A stretch of DNA of 45,627 nucleotides. Origin: a virus. Lineage: Duplodnaviria; Caudoviricetes. Numbering within the stretch: position 1 is the stretch's first letter; each line of letters starts with the position of its first letter. The stretch lies in IMG/VR virus record IMGVR_UViG_3300048599_000450, positions 1 to 45,627 of that record; one strand, 5' to 3'. The notes beneath the pieces were generated by a model. The model saw only the letters and a list, made by a program, of their open reading frames with translations. It was not told the origin of the DNA and made no database searches. The translations under genes and the position numbers were made by a program. Below are positions 1 to 7,716 of this stretch, piece after piece.

Positions 1-1
1 C

Positions 2-166
2 AAAGCTGCGGAAGGCGTTCTCGACTGCCGCCTTGATCGTGCTGCCGATTTTCTGCTCGACGAGGCTGCGGATAGCTTCCTCGCTGGTCTGGCGATGGAC
101 CTCGGCGAGGATGAATTCGGTGAGGTTCGCGGGCTCGGCCGCGACGCTTTCAGGCGTGCTCGTCAT
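2..166 (-). CDS. Phage hypothetical protein, N-terminal part (runs off window edge)
   Basis: Read by hand from ATG at 166: MTSTPESVAAEPANLTEFILAEVHRQ..., open to the edge, overlaps the stop of 150..515. Confidence 0.7.
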   Translation of the reverse strand, partial: MTSTPESVAAEPANLTEFILAEVHRQTSEEAIRSLVEQKIGSTIKAAVENAFRSF

Positions 167-515
167 CGGTCTCGTCCTCGTCCTGGTCGTTGTCGGAGAA
201 GGTCGGCTCGTCAGGCTCGGGGCGCGGCAGCAGCGCCGTGCGGAACGGCGAATGCTTTCGGTTCGCCTCGACGGCCGAGGCCGCGTCGGTCGGCGTGATC
301 GAGAAGATCGAGCCGCCGCCGTAGTAGTGGCTGGCGAAGCCGGTGATCTCGCGGGTCTCGTATTCGACCTTCGGAACGTCGATGCGCAGCATCTTGGTAC
401 CGAAGCGTTCCTCCTCGCGGATCCGGCCGACATGGCGGCGATGCCCGAAGATCTCGACGATGCTCCAGTCCCAGCCCTCGTCGGGCGCGGGGTCTGCCGT
501 GGTCTGCTCGCTCAT
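150..515 (-). CDS. Phage hypothetical protein
   Basis: ATGA-coupled to 512..784; plausible globular core WSIVEIFGHRRHVG...MLRIDVP. Confidence 0.8.
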   Translation of the reverse strand: MSEQTTADPAPDEGWDWSIVEIFGHRRHVGRIREEERFGTKMLRIDVPKVEYETREITGFASHYYGGGSIFSITPTDAASAVEANRKHSPFRTALLPRPEPDEPTFSDNDQDEDETDDEHA

Positions 516-784
516 GCGGCGATGTCCTTGAAGGGAGGGATGACACCGACGGCGCGCTGGCCGGCCTCGGTGATGGCGAAGAGGTCGCAGGGCTGGCCGG
601 GGCCGGCGCGACGGGCGAGCCAGGCCAGGCCGCGGGCGACCAGGAGCACGAAGGTCTCGTGATCAGGGCTCCCCGGTTCGGCCGCGAAGAAATTGCGGTA
701 GGGCCGGCGGGCCCGGTTGAGGCCGAGCGCGTGCTCGACGCAGTCGCGCTCGGCGCGGGAGAGTTCGAGGGCGGCCATGGTCAC
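512..784 (-). CDS. Phage hypothetical protein
   Basis: 4-bp overlaps with both neighbours; HALGL...YRNFF motif. Confidence 0.75.
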   Translation of the reverse strand: MTMAALELSRAERDCVEHALGLNRARRPYRNFFAAEPGSPDHETFVLLVARGLAWLARRAGPGQPCDLFAITEAGQRAVGVIPPFKDIAA

Positions 785-1083
785 GCCCTCCCCCGCGGCC
801 GCCGGGCGCGCTCGGCCTCGGCGCGACGCTGCGAGGCGCGCCGGCTGGCTTCGACCTGCCAGCGATTGACGGCATCGAGCAGCGTGGACCGCATGATCAG
901 GCGCTGGCGGTCCGGCGCCTTGAAGAAGGGCAGCTTGTCCTCGTCGGCCATGCGCCGGACCTGGCGCTCGCTATAGGGCGCGCCATCGGCACGGACGATG
1001 CCGAGCTGCGCCAGTTCCTCGCTGACCGCCGCGAAATCGAGCGCCCGATCGGCCTTCGGCGCCTCGGCCGCGGCGGCGCTCAC
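781..1083 (-). CDS. Excisionase-like HTH DNA-binding protein
   Basis: [19 protein letters not shown] resembles Xis/HTH_17 wing motif; located in the leftward early operon. Confidence 0.6.
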   Translation of the reverse strand: MSAAAAEAPKADRALDFAAVSEELAQLGIVRADGAPYSERQVRRMADEDKLPFFKAPDRQRLIMRSTLLDAVNRWQVEASRRASQRRAEAERARRPRGRA

Positions 1084-1322
1084 GGCGTCTCCCCGACCGT
1101 CTGGAGGTAGAGGTCCATGATGGCCTCCTCTTCCTTGCGCTCGTCGAGGTCGCGCTTGCGCAGCGCGATCACCTTGCGCAGGACCTTGACGTCGTAGCCG
1201 TTCGCCTTCGCCTCCGAATAGACTTCGGCGATGTCGTCGGAGATCGTCTTCTTCTCTTCCTCGAGCCGCTCGATGCGCTGCACGATGCTGAGCAGCTGAT
1301 CGCCTGCAACCGGATCGTCCAT
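1080..1322 (-). CDS. gapR: GapR (DUF2312) family DNA-binding protein
   Basis: [48 protein letters not shown]...EEEAIMDLY is the canonical DUF2312/GapR sequence. Confidence 0.95.
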   Translation of the reverse strand: MDDPVAGDQLLSIVQRIERLEEEKKTISDDIAEVYSEAKANGYDVKVLRKVIALRKRDLDERKEEEAIMDLYLQTVGETP

Positions 1323-1703
1323 TCAGCAGGTTCCTTTCGGGTGTGCCGACGCGGGCACGATTGCGCGCGCCAGCTCGGTGAGTTCGGACAGAGTCTTGAG
1401 GAGTTCGGCCGGCGCGGGGTCGCCCGGCGCCGGCAGGATCAGCGAGGCCTCACAGAGATCGGCGACGCCACGGGCGAGATCCGGCGAGCCGTTGCTGAAC
1501 TGGTAGGACCGCAGCGCGTGCACGGCGGCATCGAGAGCCGAGCGTAGGGTCCAGTATCGGCCAGACGTGAGCAGCGCGATCGCGACGCTTTGCGAGGAGC
1601 CGTTCGCGTGGGCGTAACGCTGCAGCGCGCCCTGGAACAGCGGATCAGCGGCGAGCTGCGAGAGCAGCTGGAACTCGGCCCGGGCCTTGTCTTCCGGAGT
1701 CAA
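1323..1703 (-). CDS. Phage hypothetical protein
   Basis: Fills operon slot with TTGA overlap to the upstream gene and abuts the gapR start. Confidence 0.7.
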   Translation of the reverse strand: MTPEDKARAEFQLLSQLAADPLFQGALQRYAHANGSSQSVAIALLTSGRYWTLRSALDAAVHALRSYQFSNGSPDLARGVADLCEASLILPAPGDPAPAELLKTLSELTELARAIVPASAHPKGTC

Positions 1704-2119
1704 GCGCCCCTCCCTTCCTGTTCCTGGATGAGGTTGAAGAGCGCCTCGAAGCGCGACGGATGCAGCTCGAGCAAAAAGGCGAACGGTCGGCCCTCGAACC
1801 GGGCGACGCCGACGGCATCCTCCGGGTCGAGGACGCCGGCGCTGACGAGCAGGCTTCCGCCGAGATCACCCATGATCTGCAGGCGACGCCGGAAGGCGGT
1901 GAAATCGTCGCGCGGCCGGCCGGGATCCGCCTGCAGCATCAGCTCCGCGCGGCGCTGGCGATCCAGCTCCATCGCCTGCCAGAGGCCGCGGCTTGCCTCG
2001 GCCACTTCCTCGGGCTCGAGCTTTACCCGCCGCTCCGCTGCGACAGATAGCTTTGAGACCAAACCGCAGATCTCGCGATCGAGCGCCGACAGCGGAACGG
2101 CGATGTCGGCGTCAGCCAT
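1700..2119 (-). CDS. Phage hypothetical protein
   Basis: Coupled ORF in leftward operon, GGAGGG RBS upstream. Confidence 0.7.
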   Translation of the reverse strand: MADADIAVPLSALDREICGLVSKLSVAAERRVKLEPEEVAEASRGLWQAMELDRQRRAELMLQADPGRPRDDFTAFRRRLQIMGDLGGSLLVSAGVLDPEDAVGVARFEGRPFAFLLELHPSRFEALFNLIQEQEGRGA

Positions 2120-2450
2120 GGGCCCTGCCCTCCGCTTTGGCGAGGGCAGCGTTCACGCGATCGAGGAAGCCACGGAGGATATCGCACTCGCCGCCGAGCT
2201 CGGCCTCGCGGCGCTGCAACTCCGCCTCGAGCGTCGGGACGACGTCCCGCAAGGCGATGTAGAGGCCCTCGAAGCTGTTGCAGGCGCGACGAATGAAGGC
2301 GCCGTTCTGTAGCGCAGCCTGCTCGCTGCGGCCGATCTTATGAATGCCGGCTACCGTGGTGCGGCTGTCGTCGCCGAGAAGGCGGATCAGATTGCCCGTC
2401 GTCAGACGATAGGGAGGCCTGGTGAAGGGGATCGGGAGCGACATCGTCAC
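2112..2450 (-). CDS. Phage hypothetical protein
   Basis: Coupled ORF in leftward operon. Confidence 0.65.
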   Translation of the reverse strand: MTMSLPIPFTRPPYRLTTGNLIRLLGDDSRTTVAGIHKIGRSEQAALQNGAFIRRACNSFEGLYIALRDVVPTLEAELQRREAELGGECDILRGFLDRVNAALAKAEGRAHG

Positions 2451-2569
2451 ACCCGGGCGCCGATCGCCGCCCAGACGACGATCATCGAGACGAAGGTCGA
2501 GAGGCAGATGAGCTCAAACAGGGTGGAAGCGGCCGTGCGCAGGCCGGAGCGGATCGAAGCAGGCAACAT
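2447..2569 (-). CDS. 40-aa single-TM small protein, first gene of leftward operon
   Basis: Read by hand: MLPASIRSGLRTAASTLFELICLSTFVSMIVVWAAIGARV*, GTGA overlap with 2112..2450; not in the ORF track. Confidence 0.6.
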   Translation of the reverse strand: MLPASIRSGLRTAASTLFELICLSTFVSMIVVWAAIGARV

Positions 2570-2602
2570 GAGATTCAGCCCCGTTCAGGATCGACTGAAC
2601 AA

Positions 2603-2648
2603 TAACTACAAATTGTCGCTATCTGCTGTCAACTGCAAAACGTAGTTG
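2603..2648 (-). promoter_or_regulatory. Leftward promoter PL with two 19-bp operators (OL)
   Basis: TAACTACAAATTGTCGCTA (2603-2621) and CAACTGCAAAACGTAGTTG (2630-2648); minus-strand TTGACA at 2632-2627. Confidence 0.85.
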
Positions 2649-2701
2649 TTGTGCCGTTACGATAGGCAGCCTCCGGACCCTCCGGCCTCAGGAAGCTGCC
2701 C

Positions 2702-3136
2702 ATGACGAATCGAATCTCCCTGCTGGCCCTACTCGCAATGCTCAGCGCATCCACCGCTGCATCAGGTCAGTTGAGGGTCACCGAGGCCGATATTCTGCGT
2801 GCCCCGAAGAGCTATGTCGGCCAGAAACTCCGGATCGTAGACATCTACTGCGTAGATCCGGGTAAGGGTGGGTTCCTCTGCCTAAAGGAGGCCCAGGGGC
2901 AGATCCTGATGGTAGACGGACTCGTCATGGGCCCCAGCACATCTTCCACCATGGCCGAGCTGCTATCTGGCGGCTGTAAGGGCACTGCCAACCTCGGCAA
3001 TGCTCGCTGCCTCATGGATGCGGAGTTCGAGCTCACCGCCGCCGCCCGCGAAATGGTCGATGGGCCATCCGGATCGATCCAGCGCGTCACTCTCGTAACG
3101 GGGACGCTCGAGTTCAGGCAGAAAGGCAAGCGCTGA
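2702..3136 (+). CDS. Secreted protein in immunity region (candidate superinfection exclusion)
   Basis: N-terminal signal-like MTNRISLLALLAMLSASTAASG, four Cys, AGGAAG RBS, convergent with repressor. Function is inference. Confidence 0.75.
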   Translation: MTNRISLLALLAMLSASTAASGQLRVTEADILRAPKSYVGQKLRIVDIYCVDPGKGGFLCLKEAQGQILMVDGLVMGPSTSSTMAELLSGGCKGTANLGNARCLMDAEFELTAAAREMVDGPSGSIQRVTLVTGTLEFRQKGKR

Positions 3137-3166
3137 TCGTCTAACTGCAGCGAACTGGCGGCTCGC

Positions 3167-3805
3167 TTATGCGAACTTTGCCCAGGCAAGCCGACCGGCG
3201 GCAACTACCTCGACCTCATCCCTATCCTCAGCGTTGAGGCTAACCAGATTGTAGAGCCCTTCGGGACCACGCTTGAGCGTCTTGATAAGTCGCTCTCCGG
3301 TGGCGAGCTTTACGAGCGCCAGCCTCCCGACCAGATTACCCGGCGAGGTGTAGCGCCTCTCGATCGCGAGAATGTCGCGATCATGGAAAAGCGGCAACAT
3401 ACTCTCGCCCTCCACCTCCCATAGCTCGCAAGTCTCAGCGATCTCGCGGGGGATGCCGTCGATCGGCCAGCCACCCGCCTCGCCTTTCTCCTCGATGACC
3501 AAAGCTCCGGCACCAATCCGTCCCTGGACGATTGCGGTAACCTCGCCCTCCGCATCGGGTTTGCGTCGCGGCTCTCCGACTCCGGTCATCAGCCAAGCGA
3601 GATCGACGCGAAACGCGCGCGCATACTTGCGCGCATCGTCCTCCGAAAGGCCCTTTTTCAGACGAGAACCGTCCTCATGCGTTTGATAGGTCGCGATCGG
3701 CCAGCCGCGCTGCAGCGCAACGCCGCGAGCGGAGGGATAGCCCGCTGACAGTCGGGCCCAGCGCAGCCGGGCGGACTGCGTCGACCAATCCGGCTTGCTC
3801 ACCAT
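3167..3805 (-). CDS. CI-like repressor (HTH + S24 autoproteolytic domain)
   Basis: N-terminal RLRWAR...YQTHE...FRVDLAWLMTGVGEP HTH; C-terminal VEGESMLP (Ser) and LIKTL (Lys) of S24. Start taken as ATG at 3805. Confidence 0.92.
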   Translation of the reverse strand: MVSKPDWSTQSARLRWARLSAGYPSARGVALQRGWPIATYQTHEDGSRLKKGLSEDDARKYARAFRVDLAWLMTGVGEPRRKPDAEGEVTAIVQGRIGAGALVIEEKGEAGGWPIDGIPREIAETCELWEVEGESMLPLFHDRDILAIERRYTSPGNLVGRLALVKLATGERLIKTLKRGPEGLYNLVSLNAEDRDEVEVVAAGRLAWAKFA

Positions 3806-3827
3806 GGGAGCACTCTTACGCCCGCAG

Positions 3828-3872
3828 TAACTACAATTGGTCGTTGACACTCATAACTGCAAATTGTAGTTG
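3828..3872 (+). promoter_or_regulatory. Rightward promoter PR with two 19-bp operators (OR)
   Basis: TAACTACAATTGGTCGTTG (3828-3846) and TAACTGCAAATTGTAGTTG (3854-3872); TTGACA at 3844-3849. Confidence 0.85.
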
Positions 3873-3902
3873 TCGATTCAGCCGACATGTGACGGGGACT
3901 CG

Positions 3903-4154
3903 ATGACACCGACGCCTGGATCGTTTCGCGAGCTGATTGCCGCCCTCGGCGGGCCGGCAAAGGCCGCTCTGAAAACGCCATTCGAGCGGACGCATCTTCA
4001 ATCGATGTCAGAGCGCGACTCCGTCGCGCCGGAGCATTGGCCGGCACTCGAAACAGCGGCTTCCGACGCCGGGATCTGTGTCGACGCCAGCGATTTCGCG
4101 CGCTGGCGGGCCAACAAGGCCAGGGCACGGCGCGAAGAGAGAAGCGCGGCCTGA
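3903..4154 (+). CDS. Cro-like regulator
   Basis: Small ORF divergent from cI; ELIAALGGPAKAA...VAPEHWPAL pattern typical of Cro-like proteins. Confidence 0.8.
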   Translation: MTPTPGSFRELIAALGGPAKAALKTPFERTHLQSMSERDSVAPEHWPALETAASDAGICVDASDFARWRANKARARREERSAA

Positions 4155-4213
4155 GGGCGCGCGCCGGCGGCGCCTGGTGGCGAGCCGGTCTTTGGACTGA
4201 CGAGGGCTGAGCG

Positions 4214-4696
4214 ATGACGGACATGATGTTGGGTCTCCAGGACCGCGAAAGGGCCGATGCGCCCTTGTGGAGCGGCTGGCGCGGACGCGAGGCTCCGGCC
4301 TCGGGACGCGACGACACCGCTTCAGGACCGCAGTCCAAAGCCCGCGTCGCGGTCGCTCCCGACTGGGTCGGCCGGCTTGCCGACTACCTGCGCAAGATTC
4401 ATCCGCTGAAGACGGCGGATGCGGTCTCGGCACGCTGCCGCGGCCAGATAACCACCGAACAGGTCCGCAAATGGCTGAACCGCGGCGCCAAGCCCGGCGG
4501 CGAGGCGCTGCTCTGGCTGGCCACTGCGTACGGTCCGTCCCTGCTCGTCGCCTGCTTCGGGCCCTGCCCGATCTCGGCGACGCCGGAATGGCTCGCGATC
4601 GCCATGAAGGCCGAGCGCGTCGACGAGCTGGGGCAGCGCCTGCAGGCCATGCGTGCCGAGCTCGACGAGGCCCTGTCGCGGCGCGATGGGCGATGA
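4214..4696 (+). CDS. Phage regulatory/hypothetical protein (CII position, HTH-like)
   Basis: KTADAVSAR...EQVRKWLNRGAKP HTH-like segment immediately after cro. Confidence 0.7.
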   Translation: MTDMMLGLQDRERADAPLWSGWRGREAPASGRDDTASGPQSKARVAVAPDWVGRLADYLRKIHPLKTADAVSARCRGQITTEQVRKWLNRGAKPGGEALLWLATAYGPSLLVACFGPCPISATPEWLAIAMKAERVDELGQRLQAMRAELDEALSRRDGR

Positions 4697-4860
4697 GGCT
4701 TCTCCTCGCCGAATTCTGGCTCGCCTTCGCGAGTTGGCGAGCCTTCCGCTGGCTGACGATCTGGAGCCGCCGGCAGGCGGCGGCCGAAGCCGCGCAAAAG
4801 AACCACCTGACCTGGCTGCGCCGGATCACCGGTGACGAGCCCAGCAAGCACGAGGGCTGA
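4693..4860 (+). CDS. Small hypothetical protein
   Basis: ATGA overlap with the upstream gene; MRLLLAEFWLAFASWR...; stop abuts the gcrA start. Confidence 0.6.
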   Translation: MRLLLAEFWLAFASWRAFRWLTIWSRRQAAAEAAQKNHLTWLRRITGDEPSKHEG

Positions 4861-4861
4861 C

Positions 4862-5551
4862 ATGGCGGCGCAGATGAGCTGGACTGATGAAGAGGACGAT
4901 TTCCTGCGAAGGGCTCTCGCCCAAGGCGCGACCTACAGCCAGGCCGCAGCCGAGCTCGAGGCCGTTTTCGGCAATGGCCGCACCGCCAATTCGCTTATCG
5001 GCCGCGCGGCGCGCAAGGGTTTCGCGTTCAGCAAGCGAGAGAAGCCCAGCGAGCCGAAGCCGGAAAAGCAGGCGAAAGCGGTGAAGCCTGTCGCCAAGGC
5101 GCCCGCGCCCAAGCCCGCGGCGCGGGCCGTTCCCGCGCTGAAGCCGCCGGCCAAGCAGAAGCACAACGCCAACAACATCCGCGTGAAGGCGACCCGGCAC
5201 CTCGACGAGCGTTTCGACGAGGTGCGAGCGCAGCGCCTCGCCGAGGTTGCCGCCTTCGAAGCCAAGGTGGACCAGAGCGGCGGTATCAACCCGGGCGTTC
5301 TGTTCCTCGAGCGCGAAATCGACGAATGCGCGGCGCCGATGCCCGGCTGGGATAGCGCGCCCGTCCAAGCGAAGAGGGTTTGCGGCGCCCCCGTCGAATG
5401 GCGGCCGGTCAATATCGGCGGGATCACCGTCGAACAGCCGACCTCCTGGTGCACGAACTGCCGGAAGCGCTTCACTGTGCCGTCGACGGACCGCCGCGCG
5501 GATTTCGGCAAGCTCGCTTCACTCGACCGCTCGGTCCGGAGAGCGGCATGA
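4862..5551 (+). CDS. gcrA: GcrA-family cell-cycle regulator homologue
   Basis: N-terminal MSWTDEE...GATYSQAAAEL...RTANSLIGRAARKG and C-terminal ECAAPM...VCGAP...SWCTNC match the GcrA two-domain layout with Pro/Ala/Lys linker. Confidence 0.85.
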   Translation: MAAQMSWTDEEDDFLRRALAQGATYSQAAAELEAVFGNGRTANSLIGRAARKGFAFSKREKPSEPKPEKQAKAVKPVAKAPAPKPAARAVPALKPPAKQKHNANNIRVKATRHLDERFDEVRAQRLAEVAAFEAKVDQSGGINPGVLFLEREIDECAAPMPGWDSAPVQAKRVCGAPVEWRPVNIGGITVEQPTSWCTNCRKRFTVPSTDRRADFGKLASLDRSVRRAA

Positions 5552-7002
5552 CCGCTCCCCTCAGCCATCGCGGCGGCGACGGCGCCATGCTGGCGCGTCT
5601 CATCGGCCTCGGCCGGCGCTGCGGCATCGCACCTGAGGCGGTGCTGCTGCATGTCCTGGACGGCGCGCCTCTGCCGGAGGCGCCGACCGCTGCCAAGCTG
5701 AAGGCTGGCGAAACCAGGATCTACACCACCAGCGGCCAGCTGCTGCGACAGACGCCCCCTCAGCCTGAATCGCTGGATCTCATCCGCTTCGCCCGGTTCG
5801 GCAATCTCGGCGAGTCCGCGCGGGGGTCTTCATCCGTCCCGGAGCCGGCCGCGCCCACCGTGCCGCCCTCCCAAGGCGCGACGACCGCCATCGCCAGCCC
5901 GGACGAGCAGGAGCGCGTCAACCTGCTCAACGACCAGATCGCCGAAACCGCCGCGATCGTCGCTGAGCGGCTCGCATCTCCGGGGGGCTCCGATGGGGCG
6001 GGCGGGATCGAGACGGCTCCTGCCGCCGACCCCCTCGCGCCCGACGAGGCCGACTCCCTCGCCGCTGCGGCCGAACCGCTTTTCCGGGCTGGCACCAAGG
6101 CCGACCAGGCGCTCACGCTTTGGGCGACCGGCGATCTCGACTTTGCCGCCATCGCAGCGGAGATCGGCTCGACGCCCGCCACGGTCTACGAGCGCATCCG
6201 CCAGGGCAAGAAGCACGGCGATCCGCGCTGGCAGCAGGGCTTTGCCCGCCGCAACCAGGTCCCGAATCCCCAGCCGGACGCTGAACCGGCCAATGCAGGA
6301 GGCGATCATGAAGTAGCTCAGCAGCAGGAACAGGACGCGACTGTAGGCGCGGCCGGCGAGCCCTCGGAGGGCGTCGAACCGGTTGCGCCGGAGAATTCGG
6401 CCGAGACGGCCAACGAAGCGCCCATGGCGGTAGACGGGGATGGTGTGGCGGTCGCGACGGCGCCTCCGAGCCAGTCCATCAGCATTCCGCCCACCGGCGA
6501 GCACGGGGAGGCCCGCCGGGGCCAAACCGCGCCGGATGTTTCGCCCGAAGGGGCACCCGAAGTCGCTGGCGAGATCCCGGGCACTCCTCCCGCCCCGGAT
6601 CAAGCTGGTTCCCCCGCCCCGCCGCCGTTCGACCCGGAGGAAAAGGGGACAGTCCGCCGCGAAAGCGGCAGCGCCGTGCGGCCGGCGCGACCGGGGGCTG
6701 ATCATGAGGCGCCGACGACGCAGCCGGAGCTGGCGGACGATGTCGTCTGCACGCTGAATGCCGGCGTCATCGTCGGGCCGCGGGGCAGCCTCAACGGCTT
6801 CCCGCTGATCAACGCCGTGCTGCAGGTCCTCGCTGCTGGCGAACTGCTCCCTTCCGGCGTTGTCGCAACCCGGGCCGGGGTGCGCTCCGGACCGGCCGTG
6901 CTCGCCTTGCTTCGGCAGTGGACCGACGACCTCGAGAAGATCGGCGTCGAGGTCATCCGGTTCGGGCCGGAGGATGTCCGGATCAAGCGAGGCAGGCATT
7001 GA
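5548..7002 (+). CDS. Hypothetical protein with internal HTH and low-complexity linkers
   Basis: ATGA coupled; DFAAIAAEIGSTPATVYERIRQG is HTH-like; long Pro/Glu/Ala regions. Confidence 0.7.
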   Translation: MTAPLSHRGGDGAMLARLIGLGRRCGIAPEAVLLHVLDGAPLPEAPTAAKLKAGETRIYTTSGQLLRQTPPQPESLDLIRFARFGNLGESARGSSSVPEPAAPTVPPSQGATTAIASPDEQERVNLLNDQIAETAAIVAERLASPGGSDGAGGIETAPAADPLAPDEADSLAAAAEPLFRAGTKADQALTLWATGDLDFAAIAAEIGSTPATVYERIRQGKKHGDPRWQQGFARRNQVPNPQPDAEPANAGGDHEVAQQQEQDATVGAAGEPSEGVEPVAPENSAETANEAPMAVDGDGVAVATAPPSQSISIPPTGEHGEARRGQTAPDVSPEGAPEVAGEIPGTPPAPDQAGSPAPPPFDPEEKGTVRRESGSAVRPARPGADHEAPTTQPELADDVVCTLNAGVIVGPRGSLNGFPLINAVLQVLAAGELLPSGVVATRAGVRSGPAVLALLRQWTDDLEKIGVEVIRFGPEDVRIKRGRH

Positions 7003-7712
7003 GCCCGGCGCCTGAAACCCTCGGCACGCCGCGCCAGCGAATCGAGCGGATGCTCGCGCTCGCACTCACGACCTGCGGCCTCGAGCGCGAGCGGCTCGCC
7101 GCGATCGCGCCGGATCCGCAGGTTCTGCAGACGCGGCAGGTGGCAGCGTGGTTGATGGTCCGACGGGCCGGGCTCGCGACCGCCGACGCCGCAGCCGCCC
7201 TCGGTGTCAGCACCGAGTTCGTCAATCTCGCCGTATTCACGGCACGCCAGCGGATCGCCGCCGAAGGCCTGCGGCTCGACGGACCTCTGGAAGAGATCGC
7301 ACCAGCGATCGCCCGGATCTTCTCGCCGCGCGACGATATCCCTGCGGCGGAGCCCGCTACCGGACCCGAGATCATGGCCGCGGTGCTCGGCGCCTTCCAC
7401 GTCTCGCAGCAGCTGCTGACCGCGCCGGGCCGAAACCGCGACGGGGCCCGGGCGCGGCAGGCTTTCGCATGGCTCGCGGCCAATCTCGCCGCGGCCGAGG
7501 CGAAGCGGATCGGCAGCTGGGTCAATCGCGAACGCTCTTCCGTGTTCTCGGCCATCGCCAAGATCAACACCCTTCCCGGTTCCGCAGGCCTGCGCCGAGA
7601 GATCGTCGCATGCCTCGCCGCCGGAAAGCCGACCCCGGCGGCGCTCGCCGGCTTCGCCACGGCACTGGAGCGCATGACAGCGCCGTCCCCCAATCCCGAC
7701 ATGAGAGGCTGA
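6999..7712 (+). CDS. Protein with two DnaA C-terminal-like HTH domains
   Basis: TRQVAAWLMVRRAGLATADAAAALG and ARQAFAWLAANL...RIGSWVNRERSSVFSAIAKI resemble DnaA domain IV (RQIAMYL...IG..FGGRDHTTV.HA..KI); TTGA overlap. Confidence 0.7.
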   Translation: MSPAPETLGTPRQRIERMLALALTTCGLERERLAAIAPDPQVLQTRQVAAWLMVRRAGLATADAAAALGVSTEFVNLAVFTARQRIAAEGLRLDGPLEEIAPAIARIFSPRDDIPAAEPATGPEIMAAVLGAFHVSQQLLTAPGRNRDGARARQAFAWLAANLAAAEAKRIGSWVNRERSSVFSAIAKINTLPGSAGLRREIVACLAAGKPTPAALAGFATALERMTAPSPNPDMRG

Positions 7713-7716
7713 AATC

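Noticed and set aside
3806-3902. Longer ORF-track starts for cI (3850) and cro (3870)
   Set aside because: The extensions run through the operators and promoter; ATGs at 3805 and 3903 are more plausible.
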